Positions 13,429-25,908 of a stretch of DNA of 64,000 nt are shown here, piece by piece. Position numbers and translations under genes: made by a program. Below the pieces are notes generated by a model that did not search any database, was not told the DNA's origin, and saw only the letters and a list, made by a program, of their open reading frames with translations. Source of the stretch: Callorhinchus milii. Its lineage: Eukaryota. Where the stretch lies: positions 58,344,001-58,408,000 of the forward strand of contig NW_024704742.1 of NCBI RefSeq assembly GCF_018977255.1, read 5' to 3'. Position 1 is the stretch's first letter, and each line of letters begins with the position of its first letter.

Positions 13429-15589
13429 TAACAACTGGAACAGGTCAACATGAAAAGCAGTATACCAAATGCAAGGATTATTAGTTATTATTATAACAAC
13501 TGGAACAGGTCATCAGGAAGGGTGGTTGAGGCTCGGATGCTGGACACATTTGATAATTGATCCTGTGATGGGAAGTTAGTAGGGTAGGTATTCTGGATGA
13601 GATCGAGTAGGTTGCAGAGCTTCATTCCAAACTGGTCTTGTGATCTTGTAATAGGAATTTAAGATGGCAGTTGAATAATACTGACGAGAGCCTTCAGATT
13701 AAACCATCCTGGATTAGTCAGTGGATATTCCCACCAGTTAATTAATGACTGAAATTCTTCTATTTCTTAACCAATTCAATGTGATAATTCTCAAATCAAT
13801 TTTGTTATGAATCACTGCATGTTCACACCTATGTTATTTATCAAGAAATAAAACAAGTGCAATTTCTATATTTTTGTAATTAATAAATAACAAATAATCC
13901 TTGTATTTGATATTGTGCCTTTTATGTCAGGAGAATATCTCAAAACACTTTGTTGCAAAGTGTAGTAACTGTGTATTTTGTAGGAAAATGCTGGTGCAGC
14001 AGATATGCCTGTTTTACTTCAAACACAGTGAATTTTATACATCTAAGTTTATCACAATGTTCCTTACCCTGGGCTTATTTCCTAGAATAGTGCACTTCAA
14101 TTCATCCAACCCACTGTGGAGAATAGAGCTTTAGATAAGTAAAATATTAGGATAACAGCAAATCATCAATCAAAAGATTAAAGCAAGCGTTAAACACAAA
14201 CAACGCTCAGATCAACACACCAGTCTGATAAAGGAAGTATACTACTGTATAATAAACCCAGTTCGCAGGTACTGCACTGAGCTCCTACCCTCTTATCAGT
14301 CTTATCATAACTATGCAAGTGACTCTGAAGTCCACATGTCCTTTCAAAGCAAGCATCACATTCATATCTGACTGCAAGTCTTTCATTTCAAGTGTTTGGC
14401 TCAATCCTGGATGCAGATAAAACTTTTTACCTCCAGCACATGGCTTTAAGATACACTGCTGTGCGCAATTGGCTGATGTGTTTCGCCCCCAACAAAATAT
14501 ACAGTCAATTCACTTTACAGTATATTCTGTGAAGCGCTTTGAGACATCTAGAAGATGTGATTATCAAATGCAAAGATTATTATTATTAATCTTGTGAAAG
14601 CACCTGATACTCTGCCTGATAAACTGCATATTGTTACTGCTTGTGGTTTCTTCAGTCAATACATTTTACTTAACTACTTGGTAATCTACAAGGAACATGA
14701 AGCTATGGATCAACCAATGTGCCTTCAAAACCTATTGTTTGTCTTGCAATATTTCGCAGTCAGACTGAAAGGAGATAATGAAGATTGCCTGTCATGATGT
14801 TTAACAAGGGTATCACTTCATAATACTTCATTAACGAAAATACAAACAAGCTAATAGGTGTTTATTGCAATCCAACTGTGACCAGTTAAGCAGATGAGGC
14901 ATAAACTGAACTTCATTGCATATATCTCCAACATAAAAACACTGTTTTTTCTATGAAAGTAGCCATAACAAACTAAACAGATACTGCAGCACCAACATTT
15001 TTGGGCGGTTCAACCATTCACCGCTCAGAATGGGAATACTGTAACATCTTTCAGATGAATACCTAAACTTTACAACCAATCTGATTGATTATTTTCTACA
15101 AGCTTTTTTTAAAAACTCTGCCAGTGAGCTGGAGTTGTGCTGAACCAGGTTTATGAACCAGGAAACCATAGTTGCAAATCCCTAGGCGTGAGAAGGATAA
15201 ATTGAATAACTTAGGTCAAACCTAAAATCGTCCGAGCAATAAATATTTATATGAATTGTAAATGTAGTGTGAAAAGGGGGGAAATTCCACCTGGGCCTAG
15301 ATTTTTTTGTATTTATCTAGCACTTTCACCTACAAAATACACAGTCACTACACTTTACAGTAAATCCTGTGAAGCACTTTAGAGTGGAGGGTGAGGGACA
15401 TGCAGGAGTTCTTAAAAGAACGTACAGCAAACCTGGCTCCAAATTATGGCTGTGTTTGAGAATTTGCCAATCCTAAGCATTCTGAAAAGATAAATAAATA
15501 GACCCAGGTACCGCTTCTCCCCAAATGCTTTATTTCCCTTTATTCAACGCCTCTCTAATACCCGCTAATCTCCTTTGGGGGGAAGGGGA

Positions 15590-16155
15590 GCTAAGCAGGG
15601 TCTCCTTTTAGCTAAGCTGGCTCCAAGGTGACAAGCCTGGCAATGGAATGTGGGAATCGAGTCAGCCCTCTGTGGCGGTCTTGGTAGTGCAGTTCCTGAG
15701 TCAGGCTTCCCGCAGTACTCCAGGGCACTGCTGATGGCAGCACAGCCAGCCTGGCTCATCGGCAGGACTTGGAAGGGCAGACCAGTCACTGGGATCAGAA
15801 TTCTCCTTAAACAGCTACCATTAACCCAACAAGCCACAGTCCTAGCAAGCAGAGTGAAAGCCTTGCCAGGTATTGCTACCAATGGCAAGCTATGCAATTT
15901 TAACTGGTTAGCCTCCAGCAATACCCCACACACTCTGGGGTCCCCAAAAACTTGGCTCTTGCCATCCTGCACCGAATGCTCTCTGGAATTAGTTAAGCAG
16001 GATGTGTCCTTCCAGGGAGAGAGTGCGCAATCCATTGCAATAAACATCTTAGGAATATCTACGTACTGTTGGGATGCATGGAATACTCGGCTTGATTTGG
16101 ATACTCTTAAGCATAGTGATGGGTTTCCGCAAGTACCAGACAAGCGGCTGAACAA
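15590..16155. repeat. Unclassified ~600-bp interspersed repeat (representative copy)
   Basis: Related sequence at 19315-19780, 19810-20375 (inverted), 27270-27545, 29350-29910 and 31960-32225. Confidence 0.75.
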
Positions 16156-17254
16156 AGGAAATGCATTCCCTGCTATAAAATAAAATAAAGGATCATCACC
16201 CAGGTATCATATCACAAATGCAAACAAGTCCCTCTATTATTTGAAGAAATCCTGTTGTTTGGATAAACAGGGCACTCTATTAACAGCTTAAAGATGTTAA
16301 CACAGTGCAGAATTTTGGGTGAGTGGGAATGTTCTCATATTCTTGCAGAGGTTTAAAAAGTGACAATGTCCACACAGTGCTGAAAGAGCCAGCCAGCTCA
16401 GCTAAAAACACAGCAGCCGTTTTGCAAACATCGACTAGCTTTCAGTTGACCACCTAGTAAACAGCTCATTCTGCAACAGGACACATTGTGTGTGATCCTT
16501 TAGAAAGAAATCAGGCTTCCCTGTAAAAGGTTTACATTCCACACAGAAAGTTCATCCAAAATTAGACATGCCTAGTGGTTTTGGGCTTCATTTATACTGG
16601 TCTAGGTAGGAGAAAGATCCAGATTCAAATCTATCACACTGCTCCTAAATTCAAATACCACAAATAATCCTTGCATTTGATATAGGGCCTTTCACATCAG
16701 TGGGAAGGAAGATGCATCTCAAAGCGCTTCACAGGATTTACTGAAAAGTGCTATGACTGTGTATTTTGTAGGCAAACGTGGCAAAACCTTGGACAAGTTT
16801 CCTTACTCCACACGCCTAATAATAATCCCTCAAGAAAAAAAACAATAATAAATTGGTCACTTCAATCCATGACTGTTTGTGGGACACTGCTGTGTGCAAT
16901 TGGCTGCCGCATTTCGCCCACAAATATACAGTCAATTCACTTTACAGTCTATTCTGTGAAGCGCTTTGAGACGTCTAGAAGACTTGAAAAGCAATATATC
17001 AAATGCAAGGATTATTATTATTATTATTATTATCCAATTTGAATTCAGAAATGACCTGTAAAAGAGCCATGGCACGAATGACCATTTTCATTGGGGAATT
17101 GTTGGCCAGGACCGGGAGAAACTCCCTTCTCTTTCTGAATAATGCCACAGGTTCTTTAATGTTCACCAGCATAAATGTGACAGGTTTCACTATGTATAAT
17201 ATAAACACCATACATTCACAAATACGATTCAAAATTGCAACCATGTATTATAAG

Positions 17255-18194
17255 AACTTAAGAATTTTAAGGTGAATCAAGACCAAGGTCCATCTAGTTT
17301 GTCTTCCACCATCATGGCAGTTGCTTGACATGTCATGTCCCTAACTATACACTGCATCCTGAGATATTATTTATAGCAGAAATCTATCTATTTGTTCTTA
17401 AAACAAATGACATTTTCTGCTTTCACTGTCTCCCTCGGGAGCCTGTTCCATAAATCTACTACTCGCTCACTGAAGCAGTGTTTCTGTAGATTTGTTCTGA
17501 ATTTACCCCCCTTCAGTCGTAGGCCGTGTTCTCTGGTTCTACTCTTCAGTACAAGATAAAACAGCTTATCATGATCCACATTATCTATTCCCTTCGGAAT
17601 CTTAAAGACCATCATCATATCACCCCTCAACCTTCTCTTCTCTGGTGTGAACGTGCCCAGTTTATATAATCGCTCCTCGTAGTCCAGTCCCCCCATTCCC
17701 TCAATCATTTTGGTTGCCCTTCTTTGTATCCTCTCAATCATTGCAATATCTTTTTTATATTGCGGTGACCGGAACTGCACACAGCATTCCAAGTGCGACC
17801 ATGATTTATAAAGTGGCAGGATTACCCCACTATTTCGGCTCAATATTGCCCTTTTAATACAACCCAGCATCTGGCATACCTTATTCACAGCTACTGAGCA
17901 CTGTTGGGATTGCCTCAATTTATTATCAATCAGGATCCCCAGGTCCTTTTCATTTTTTGTACAGATTATTTGTTTACCATTAAAGTAATAGTTCTTTCCC
18001 GGATTTTTGTCCCCACATGAAGCACTTTGCATTTCTCTACATTAAATGTAATCTACCATCAATATGCCCAATTCCCAAGAATGTTCAAGTCCTCCTGTAC
18101 CCTATCCTGTTCATCTTTGCAGCTTCATTAGCTTTGTGTCATCAGCAAATTTAGTCACTGCGCTTGTAACTCCTAGCTCCAGATCGTTTATGAA
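17255..18194 (-). mobile_element. CR1 LINE 3' part (second family)
   Basis: FINDLELGVTSAVTKFADDTKL near 18130-18194, plus ORF 17388-18032 with CR1 C-terminal motifs (QRRATKMI, RLRGD, FSERVVDLWNRLP). Confidence 0.92.
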
Positions 18195-18195
18195 G

Positions 18196-18720
18196 ATAAT
18201 AATAATAATAATAATCCTTGCATTTGATATAGCGCTTTTCACATCGGGAGGACCTCCCAAAGCGCTTCACAGACCACACTGTAAAGTGAATTGACTGTAT
18301 ATTTGTGGGCGAACGCGGCAGCCAATTGCGCACAGCAATGTCCCACAAACAGTCGTAGATTGAAAATGACCAATTTATTATTGTTTTTGGTTTTGGAGGG
18401 ATTATTATTAGGCGTGTGGAGTAAGGAAACTTGCCCAAGGTTTCGCCCTGCCTTGAACTCAGGTCTCTCGCTTGCAAAGCGAGTGCTCTAACCACTGAGC
18501 TACACACGCCTAATAATAATCCCTCCAAAACCAAAAACAATAATAAATTGGTCATTTTCAATCTACGACTGTTTGTGGGACATTGCTGTGCGCAATTGGC
18601 TGCCGCGTTCGCCCACGAATATACAGTCAATTCACTTTACAGTGTGTTCTGTGAAGCGCTTTGGGACGTCCTGCCGACGTGAAAAGCGCTATATTAAATG
18701 CAAGGATTATTATTATTATT
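18196..18720. mobile_element. Head-to-head pair of young SINEs (minus copy 18196-18502, headless plus copy 18503-18720)
   Basis: Arms 18196-18418 and 18503-18720 are near-perfect reverse complements. Confidence 0.92.
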
Positions 18721-21502
18721 ATATGGATATAATGAACAACAATAATGTGTATTTATATGAATGGGGTAACATCTCAGAGCGCTTAAGGTGGAGTAACTGT
18801 GACATGCAACAGCCAAGTTGCGTACTGTAATATCCTACAAACACCCATGAAGTGAATAATAAGATACTGTGTAAGGAAATCAATAGCAAGACACAGTTCC
18901 ATTTACACAGCACCACTTCCAGTTTAAGAGTCGTCTGAACCACTGGAATTTGGCAGGTGTGATTCATGCTGTTACAAGTAACATAACAATATTGTTTACA
19001 TTGCAAACTTCATGCCAGTTTCCTGGCAATAGCCATCCCACTTTATAGCAACACTTGCAGGTCTGTATAAACAAGGTTTAGAACAACAAAATACAAGTAA
19101 ACTTTGCTGAAGCATTTCAAGCTGCATTGTTAGTATGTTTTGTTTATCTGCAGACAAAGTTATGAATCACATGAAATGGGTGAGAAATTTTAAATAAATA
19201 CACGGAAAGGTGTATTTAGATTTTATGGTCGAAGGCCACAATGTCTTGCTCAAGAAATGTTGCATGTCTTACTTGTGACTGCCCTTCTTGGGGTGGGGGG
19301 TGGGAGTTAAACGGGATCTCCTTGGGGCTCAGCTGGCACCAAGGTGACGTGCTTGGCAATGGAATGTAGCAATCATGTTATCTCTCTATGGTGATCTGGT
19401 GTTCCAGCTCCTGAGCCAAGTGAGTCTGCAGTACTTCAACATACTGCTGATGACAGACCAGGCAGCTAGGCTCATCTACAGGACTTAGAGGGCAAACAAG
19501 TCACTGGAAGTAGGTATTCTGGCCACTTGTTTCCTGTTAACCCTCCGAGACCCACCCTAGGGTGGTGCTAACTGGACAGGTACCAGGAATCTTGTCTGAC
19601 CGTGCCGTCAATAGTAAGCTATGCGGTTTGCGACAGTTAAGTGCCAGCAGTGCCCCCCAAAAAACTCTGGGGTCCATAAACCTTGGCTCTTCTCAACCTG
19701 TGCTTAATATTTTCTGGAGTTACGTCAGCAGGGTATGTCCCTCCAGGGAAAGCATATGCATTCCATTCCAGACACAGGGAAATTTTCAAGCATGGGGATG
19801 GGTATCTGCATCTCACCTAGACATGGAAATTCCAGAGATGTTTATTGGAATGAAATGTGGACTCTATCCCTGGCGGGATGCATCCTGCTTACCTAATTCC
19901 AGAGAATATTAGGCACAGGTTAGTAAGAGCCAAGACTTGGGGACTTCAGAATGTGTGCTGGAACCTAACCAACTGAAACTGCACAGCTGCCATTGATAGC
20001 ACCATCCGGTAAATATTCCCGCCGCTTGTCCAGCTAGGACCACCCTACCTGTTAGGGCTTTGACTTGCCATGTTAACGGGAGCTGAGTGGGAAGAGTCTG
20101 TGACTGGTTTGCTCTTCCAAGTATTGCCGATGAACCAGGCTGACTGGCCCCTTACCTTAGATTTGCACGTTTTGATTGTTGAATGAAGTTAGTGGATTGT
20201 AAAATGTCAGCAGTACCCTAGAGTACTGGGGGCCTTCCTGGTTCAGAAACTGGATTACCATCTCAAGACGTTCCTCTTTTTCCTTGCTGAGACAGCACAG
20301 AGGCCTGGCTTGGTTATGACATTCCTTTGCCGAATACTGTAAACTTGGAGCCAGTTTAGCTCTCAGGAGACCCCAGTTACCTCCTTCCCGAAGGAGGATA
20401 GTCACCCGTTGGTTATTTAACATCCAACAGGTGCAGGTTTGAGCCCTCACTAGATGGACAGCAGGTACCAGGAACGCCCTGCTGATACTTTAATACAGTG
20501 CTGGGGATTTGCTGCATTATTGGAGATATCATCCTTCAAATGAGAAGCTAAATCCGAGGTTCTCTCTTTGTTTCTTCAGTTGAACATTAAAGATCCCAAG
20601 GCACTACTCGAAAAAAGAAACAAGTTTGTCACAATGTACTGACCAACAAATCTCCCCAGATAAATTGGTCATTCACTTCATGGCTCTTTATGGGTGGTCA
20701 TTGCTGTGCACAAACTGCCTACAAATACACGGTCACTACACTACAAGTAAAATACTGTAAAGCACTTTGAGACCTCTCAATTAAGTGATAAGGCGCTTTC
20801 TCAACTGCAAGTTTTTTTTTGAAAAATATTGTTTTTAGCTTAAACTTACAAAAGTTTTATGTAGGACGAATGGCTCAAAGTGAGTCGCAGAGAAATTGGG
20901 GGTCACCAAGCAAAGTAGAAAGGAGGGGAAATTCCAGGAATTTGGGAACAGTCAATGAAGGCTTTAAGGGGAAGAAGAAAAGATGCAAGGGGAAGCAATT
21001 TGGGGAGAGGGCATTGTGGTTGAAAGCTAGGACACCCATGGAGGGGCAATCGGTGGACCAAAGTGAAGACTGGAGAGCAGGGGGCAGAATGGTTTATTAA
21101 ATCCAGGAGATACTTATTAAAATCATAACAATTTGCAACGGTTTATTTGGTGGAACAAGACTCTCTTTTGAAGTTAATTTGTTTATTTTCCCTCCACCCA
21201 TACACACACACGCACACACACCACCACCATAAAAAAACAAAGTGCATTCCTGGGCATATACTATACATATATATATATATATACACATGCATACATACAG
21301 CTGACTAAACTAACAGCTACTCCACCCATCAAGTTCAACAATCACCAGAGGGGCCCTTTCAGGATCAAAGTAGAGAGAGAGAGAGACGCTTCTCTGAAAT
21401 TTAACCCATCTTCAATTTTTTTAATATTGTTTTGTAACAGATCGGCAGTGCTGTGACTATTGGGGAGAGAAGCTCAGGTTGCTTAAATAACGCCTTAAAT
21501 AA

Positions 21503-21705
21503 ACGCCTAATAATAATCCCTCCAAAAAACCAAAAACAATAATTAAATTGGTCATTTTCAATCTACGACTGTTTGTGGGACATTGCTGTGCGCAATTGGC
21601 TGCCGCGTTCGCCCACAAATATACAGTCAATTCACTCTACAGTGTGTTCTGTGAAGCGCTTTGGGACGTCCTCCCGACGTGAAAAGCGCTATATCAAATG
21701 CGAGG

Positions 21706-21738
<33 letters not shown>
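21503..21738 (+). mobile_element. 5'-truncated young SINE
   Basis: Family core and long (ATT)n tail. Further diverged copies lie at about 4585-4955, 12280-12620, 16780-17030 and 60755-60990. Confidence 0.88.
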
Positions 21739-21740
<2 letters not shown>

Positions 21741-23493
21741 AGTGGTTAGTATTTTTGCATCAAAGCGTGCGTTTCACAATAAATACTAACTTGTTTATTG
21801 CGCACTCGGGTTTAGTGTGAGCGTGAGAGGGACGGGGGCGGCGGCTTCAGTGGCTAAATACCCTACAACTGTGATTAACGGGGTATCAAAAAGTTTCAGA
21901 GTGCAGCGAGATGCAACCCCGACAGAGCTGTCTGTCTAACCGCAGGCAAACCAAGTGTTCCTGTCAGGGGGGCTTTTGCACTCCGGTGAATCCCCTCGAA
22001 AGAAACAATCTGCAGAACCATGAAAAACAACTGCACTGTTTTTTTTTTTTGGGGGGGGGGGGAGGGGGGTTAATGGATCCACTGCTCTGATGTTAGCAGG
22101 AGAGCGACAGTGTGCAAATGGGAAATCACTGCAACAAAACGTGCTTAGTCTTTTAACCCGTTAACTTCGTCTGAGACGCAGGGGAAGCGGGGTAGCAGAT
22201 TCCTGTGGATCAGTGAGTGGGCGTGAACCTATACCCTCTGCGATTCAGAGTCCAAACAAGCAATTATTTGGGGATATTCGGGGGAAAAAAAAACAATTGG
22301 CGGTTTACTTGCGATTAAATAACCTTTGCAGTGCAACGCAGAGGAAAAGCTTTATTGTAGCTTTCCTTCCAATGTGGAACAACACTAAATAGATAACAGT
22401 GTAACTATTAACAGAGATAAAGAACAAAGGAACTTCAAAGGCAAAGGGAAAAGATTACTGTATCCATCTCTGAAAGCATTGCCCACTCCCTCACTGCCCC
22501 TCTCTCTCCCTCTCTCCCTCTCTCTCACTAAACCCTGATCCACTCTGTGCAGACACAGGACTGGGTTAGTCCTATGGCTTAGTTTGCAGCAACCGCTTTC
22601 TGTCAAAACTGCCCACATTTTACAATCCACCAACTTCATTCCAGCACTGAAAACGTGCAGATCTGAGGAAAAGGGCCAGGAAGCGCAGGCGGGCAGCCTG
22701 CCTCCCAGAAACAAAAACCCCACGACCCCCCCCCACCCCCATCCAGCCTCCCAAGTCCCATTTCAACTCCATCTCCAGGTGCCATTCAAGCCTTGTAAGA
22801 CTGTCGGGTTCAGAGGCCCGGTGAGGGCCAGCACTGGTGTGAGGCCTGGGACTGGTCATTGCAATGTCCTCAGAGCTTTGGACTGAGGGGTTTGCATACA
22901 GGAGAGTTTGCATTGGTATTCTGTGTCTAGTGTGTCTGCAATAGTCTTTGCATCGCTCCGGCTACAGCCCCAGGGAGGGTGAGCATCAGGGAGAGGGGGG
23001 GAAGATGGGATGAAATACCCTTGGATCCTCCTGACTCAAGGTGGCAATGAAGCCTTGCCCCAACTTCCAAACGTGTCTGTCTCCCTTTTTCCCCCACAAT
23101 GATTGGGTCTCCAGCCAAAGGGGGGGAAAGGGGGGGTAGAGAGAGAGAGAGAGAGAGAGAGAAAAGCAACTTCATCCACACTTGGAAGAAAGTTTTTAGC
23201 TGCTTGAAATCCCTGGTTATCATTAAGCTGCGATGGTTTGTTTTGTTTCTTTTGAATATCCCAAATAATTTGCTGTTTCCCCCACTCAGGTGTTTGGATC
23301 CTCTGAATGGGAATATATAGGATTCATTGATCCCCAGAAATCTGTCTTTTTTTCTCTGGATTTTCCCATCTTGAGTCAGTTCCAGGATATTACTTCGCCT
23401 TCAGTTAACAGAGAGACCAAACGCACCAAACGCTTTGGGGAAAGGGAAAGAAAAACTTTTCACCTCTTCTGTTTTTCTTCCCTATAATTTGTT

Positions 23494-23528
<35 letters not shown>

Positions 23529-24150
23529 CAAGAGGATTGATTTGCAAAGCTCTGCTCTCTCTCTCTCTCTCTGTTGGGTTCCTCCACCCACAGACAGTCC
23601 ATTTAAACCACTGTTACAAACTCGCATCATCTGCTCAGGATATCTTATATATATTTCTGTATAAATATATATATATACGTTGCATTTGAGGGGTGAAAAA
23701 AGGGGAAAATCATGAAGAGAGACTGGGTGTGTGGGGGGTGAGGGGGTCATCACCGATGAATGCCATTCCCAGGAGCAATGCAAGTTGCAGTTTTACTTTT
23801 AAAAAAAATAGGATTTTTAATAAATATTCCCCCCCACCCAAAAAAAATGGAAATTAACATGTACTTTTATGACAAAGCCATAGTTTTTTTTTGTTGGTGG
23901 TGGTGGTGGGAGGTGGGAGGGGGGAGGGGGGGAGGAGAGGGGGGAATCATTCCCATCATGTTTCGTGCATTCGCAAACACCAGTTTAAAAGTGGATGTTC
24001 AGCGCTCTCTGTCGAGCAAAATCTTTTAGTTGTTAGAAGTGCAAATCACAGGGACTTGGGGGGAAGGATCCGACGCAGTTCCCCACATATATTTGCAGAG
24101 CCCCAACTGCATTTTGCATTTTGTCCAGAAAATATGCACAACACACACAC

Positions 24151-24183
<33 letters not shown>

Positions 24184-24246
24184 AACCAGGGCACCGCTAA
24201 TGTAGTGTTAGCTGCAACCCCCCCCCCCCCCCCCACCCCCCGCTAC

Positions 24247-24374
24247 CTGTCTCGGGGGTCGATCCAACTCGTTTGCTTGGTGTTGTGGTCGATGTAAAAC
24301 ACTTTGCCGTCGTAATCTCTCGCTTCCTCCCAACCGTCCGGCAAAGGCAGCTCTCCGCTCCCTGTCCTGGGCAT
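24247..24374 (-). CDS. WWC2: WWC2 first coding exon (WW domain 1)
   Basis: Translates [42 protein letters not shown](R), matching the WWC/KIBRA N-terminal WW domain. The MPRxGSG start and adjacency to DCTD favour WWC2 over WWC1/WWC3. Ends at a phase-2 donor AG|GTAGCG (24246). I did not find exon 2 in the window. Confidence 0.92.
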
Positions 24375-24516
24375 ATGCTGAGCCTCTGTGAGGTCCTCCA
24401 TAGGTACCAACAGCGGCTCCAGCTCTCCCCACCGATCACTCACATCCTCGCAGCGGTCTGCTCCTCCATCTTAACTCCATCCAGGAATCCCACAAAACTG
24501 GGCTGTCGTGGCGGGG

Positions 24517-25833
24517 ATTAGCATATACACAGCATTAGCATATACACAGCATTAGCATATACACAGCATTAGCATATACACAGCATTAGCATATACACAG
24601 CATTAGCATATACACAGCATTAGCATATACACAGCATTAGCATATACACAGCATTAGCATATACACAGCATTAGCAGATACACAGCATTAGCATATACAC
24701 AGCATTAGCATATACACAGCATTAGCATATACGCCGCATTAGCATATACACAGCATTAGCATATACACAGCATGAGCATATACACAGCATTAGCAGATAC
24801 ACCGCATTAGCAGATACACAGCATTAGCATATACACAGCATTAGCATATACACAGCATTAGCATATACACAGCATTAGCAGATACACAGCATTAGCAGAT
24901 ACACAGCATTAGCAGATACACAGCATTAGCAGATACACAGCATTAGCAGATACACAGCATTAGCAGATACACAGCATTAGCAGATACACAGCATTAGCAG
25001 ATACACAGCATTAGCAGATACACAGCATTAGCAGATACACAGCATTAGCAGATACACGCATTAGCAGATACACAGCATTAGCAGATACACAGCATTAGCA
25101 TATATACCGCATTAGCAGATACACCGCATTAGCAGATACACCGCATTAGCAGATACACCGCATTAGCAGATACACCGCATTAGCAGATACACCGCATTAG
25201 CAGATACACCGCATTAGCAGATACACCGCATTAGCAGATACACCGCATTAGCAGATACACCGCATTAGCAGATACACCGCATTAGCAGATACACCGCATT
25301 AGCAGATACACCGCATTAGCAGATACACCGCATTAGCAGATACACCGCATTAGCAGATACACCGCATTAGCAGATACACCGCATTAGCAGATACACCGCA
25401 TTAGCAGATACACCGCATTAGCAGATACACAGCATTAGCAGATACACCGCATTAGCAGATACACCGCATTAGCAGATACACAGCATTAGCAGATACACCG
25501 CATTAGCAGATACACAGCATTAGCAGATACACAGCATTAGCAGATACACAGCATTAGCATATACACAGCATTAGCAGATACACAGCATTAGCATATACAC
25601 AGCATTAGCAGATACACAGCATTAGCAGATACACCGCATTAGCATATACACCGCATTAGCAGATACACAGCATTAGCAGATACACAGCATTAGCAGATAC
25701 ACAGCATTAGCAGATACACCGCATTAGCAGATACACCGCATTAGCAGATACACCGCATTAGCATATACACCGCATTAGCATATACACAGCATTAGCAGAT
25801 ACACAGCATTAGCATATACACAGCATTTGCATA
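24517..25833. repeat. 17-bp minisatellite, about 77 copies, consensus GCATTAGCA(T/G)ATACAC(A/C)
   Basis: Directly visible tandem array with two variable positions arranged in blocks. Confidence 0.98.
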
Positions 25834-25908
25834 CAGATACCTCCCTCCACATCTCATCAAATATTAATAGTGCGGCGCCACGGCCACCAGTCCACTGGTC
25901 ACCCTGAT

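Noticed and set aside
18151..18830. Recurrent short ORFs ending CKDYYYY or ALWDVLPT (also at 29.5, 39.3 and 55.5 kb) as a small-protein family
   Set aside because: They are translations of the same SINE in different frames.
23138..23525. (GA)n and (TA)n microsatellites and the ORFs overlapping them
   Set aside because: Ordinary simple repeats giving low-complexity peptides.
1..24240. Further WWC2 exons or nested genes (e.g. claudins) in intron 1
   Set aside because: No ORF resembling WW2 (TKPLxFADC..ELPxGWE) or a claudin was seen. Short exons could have been missed by eye; TBLASTN would settle it.
24517..25833. CRISPR-like array
   Set aside because: Units are directly tandem with no unique spacers, there are no cas genes, and the context is vertebrate.
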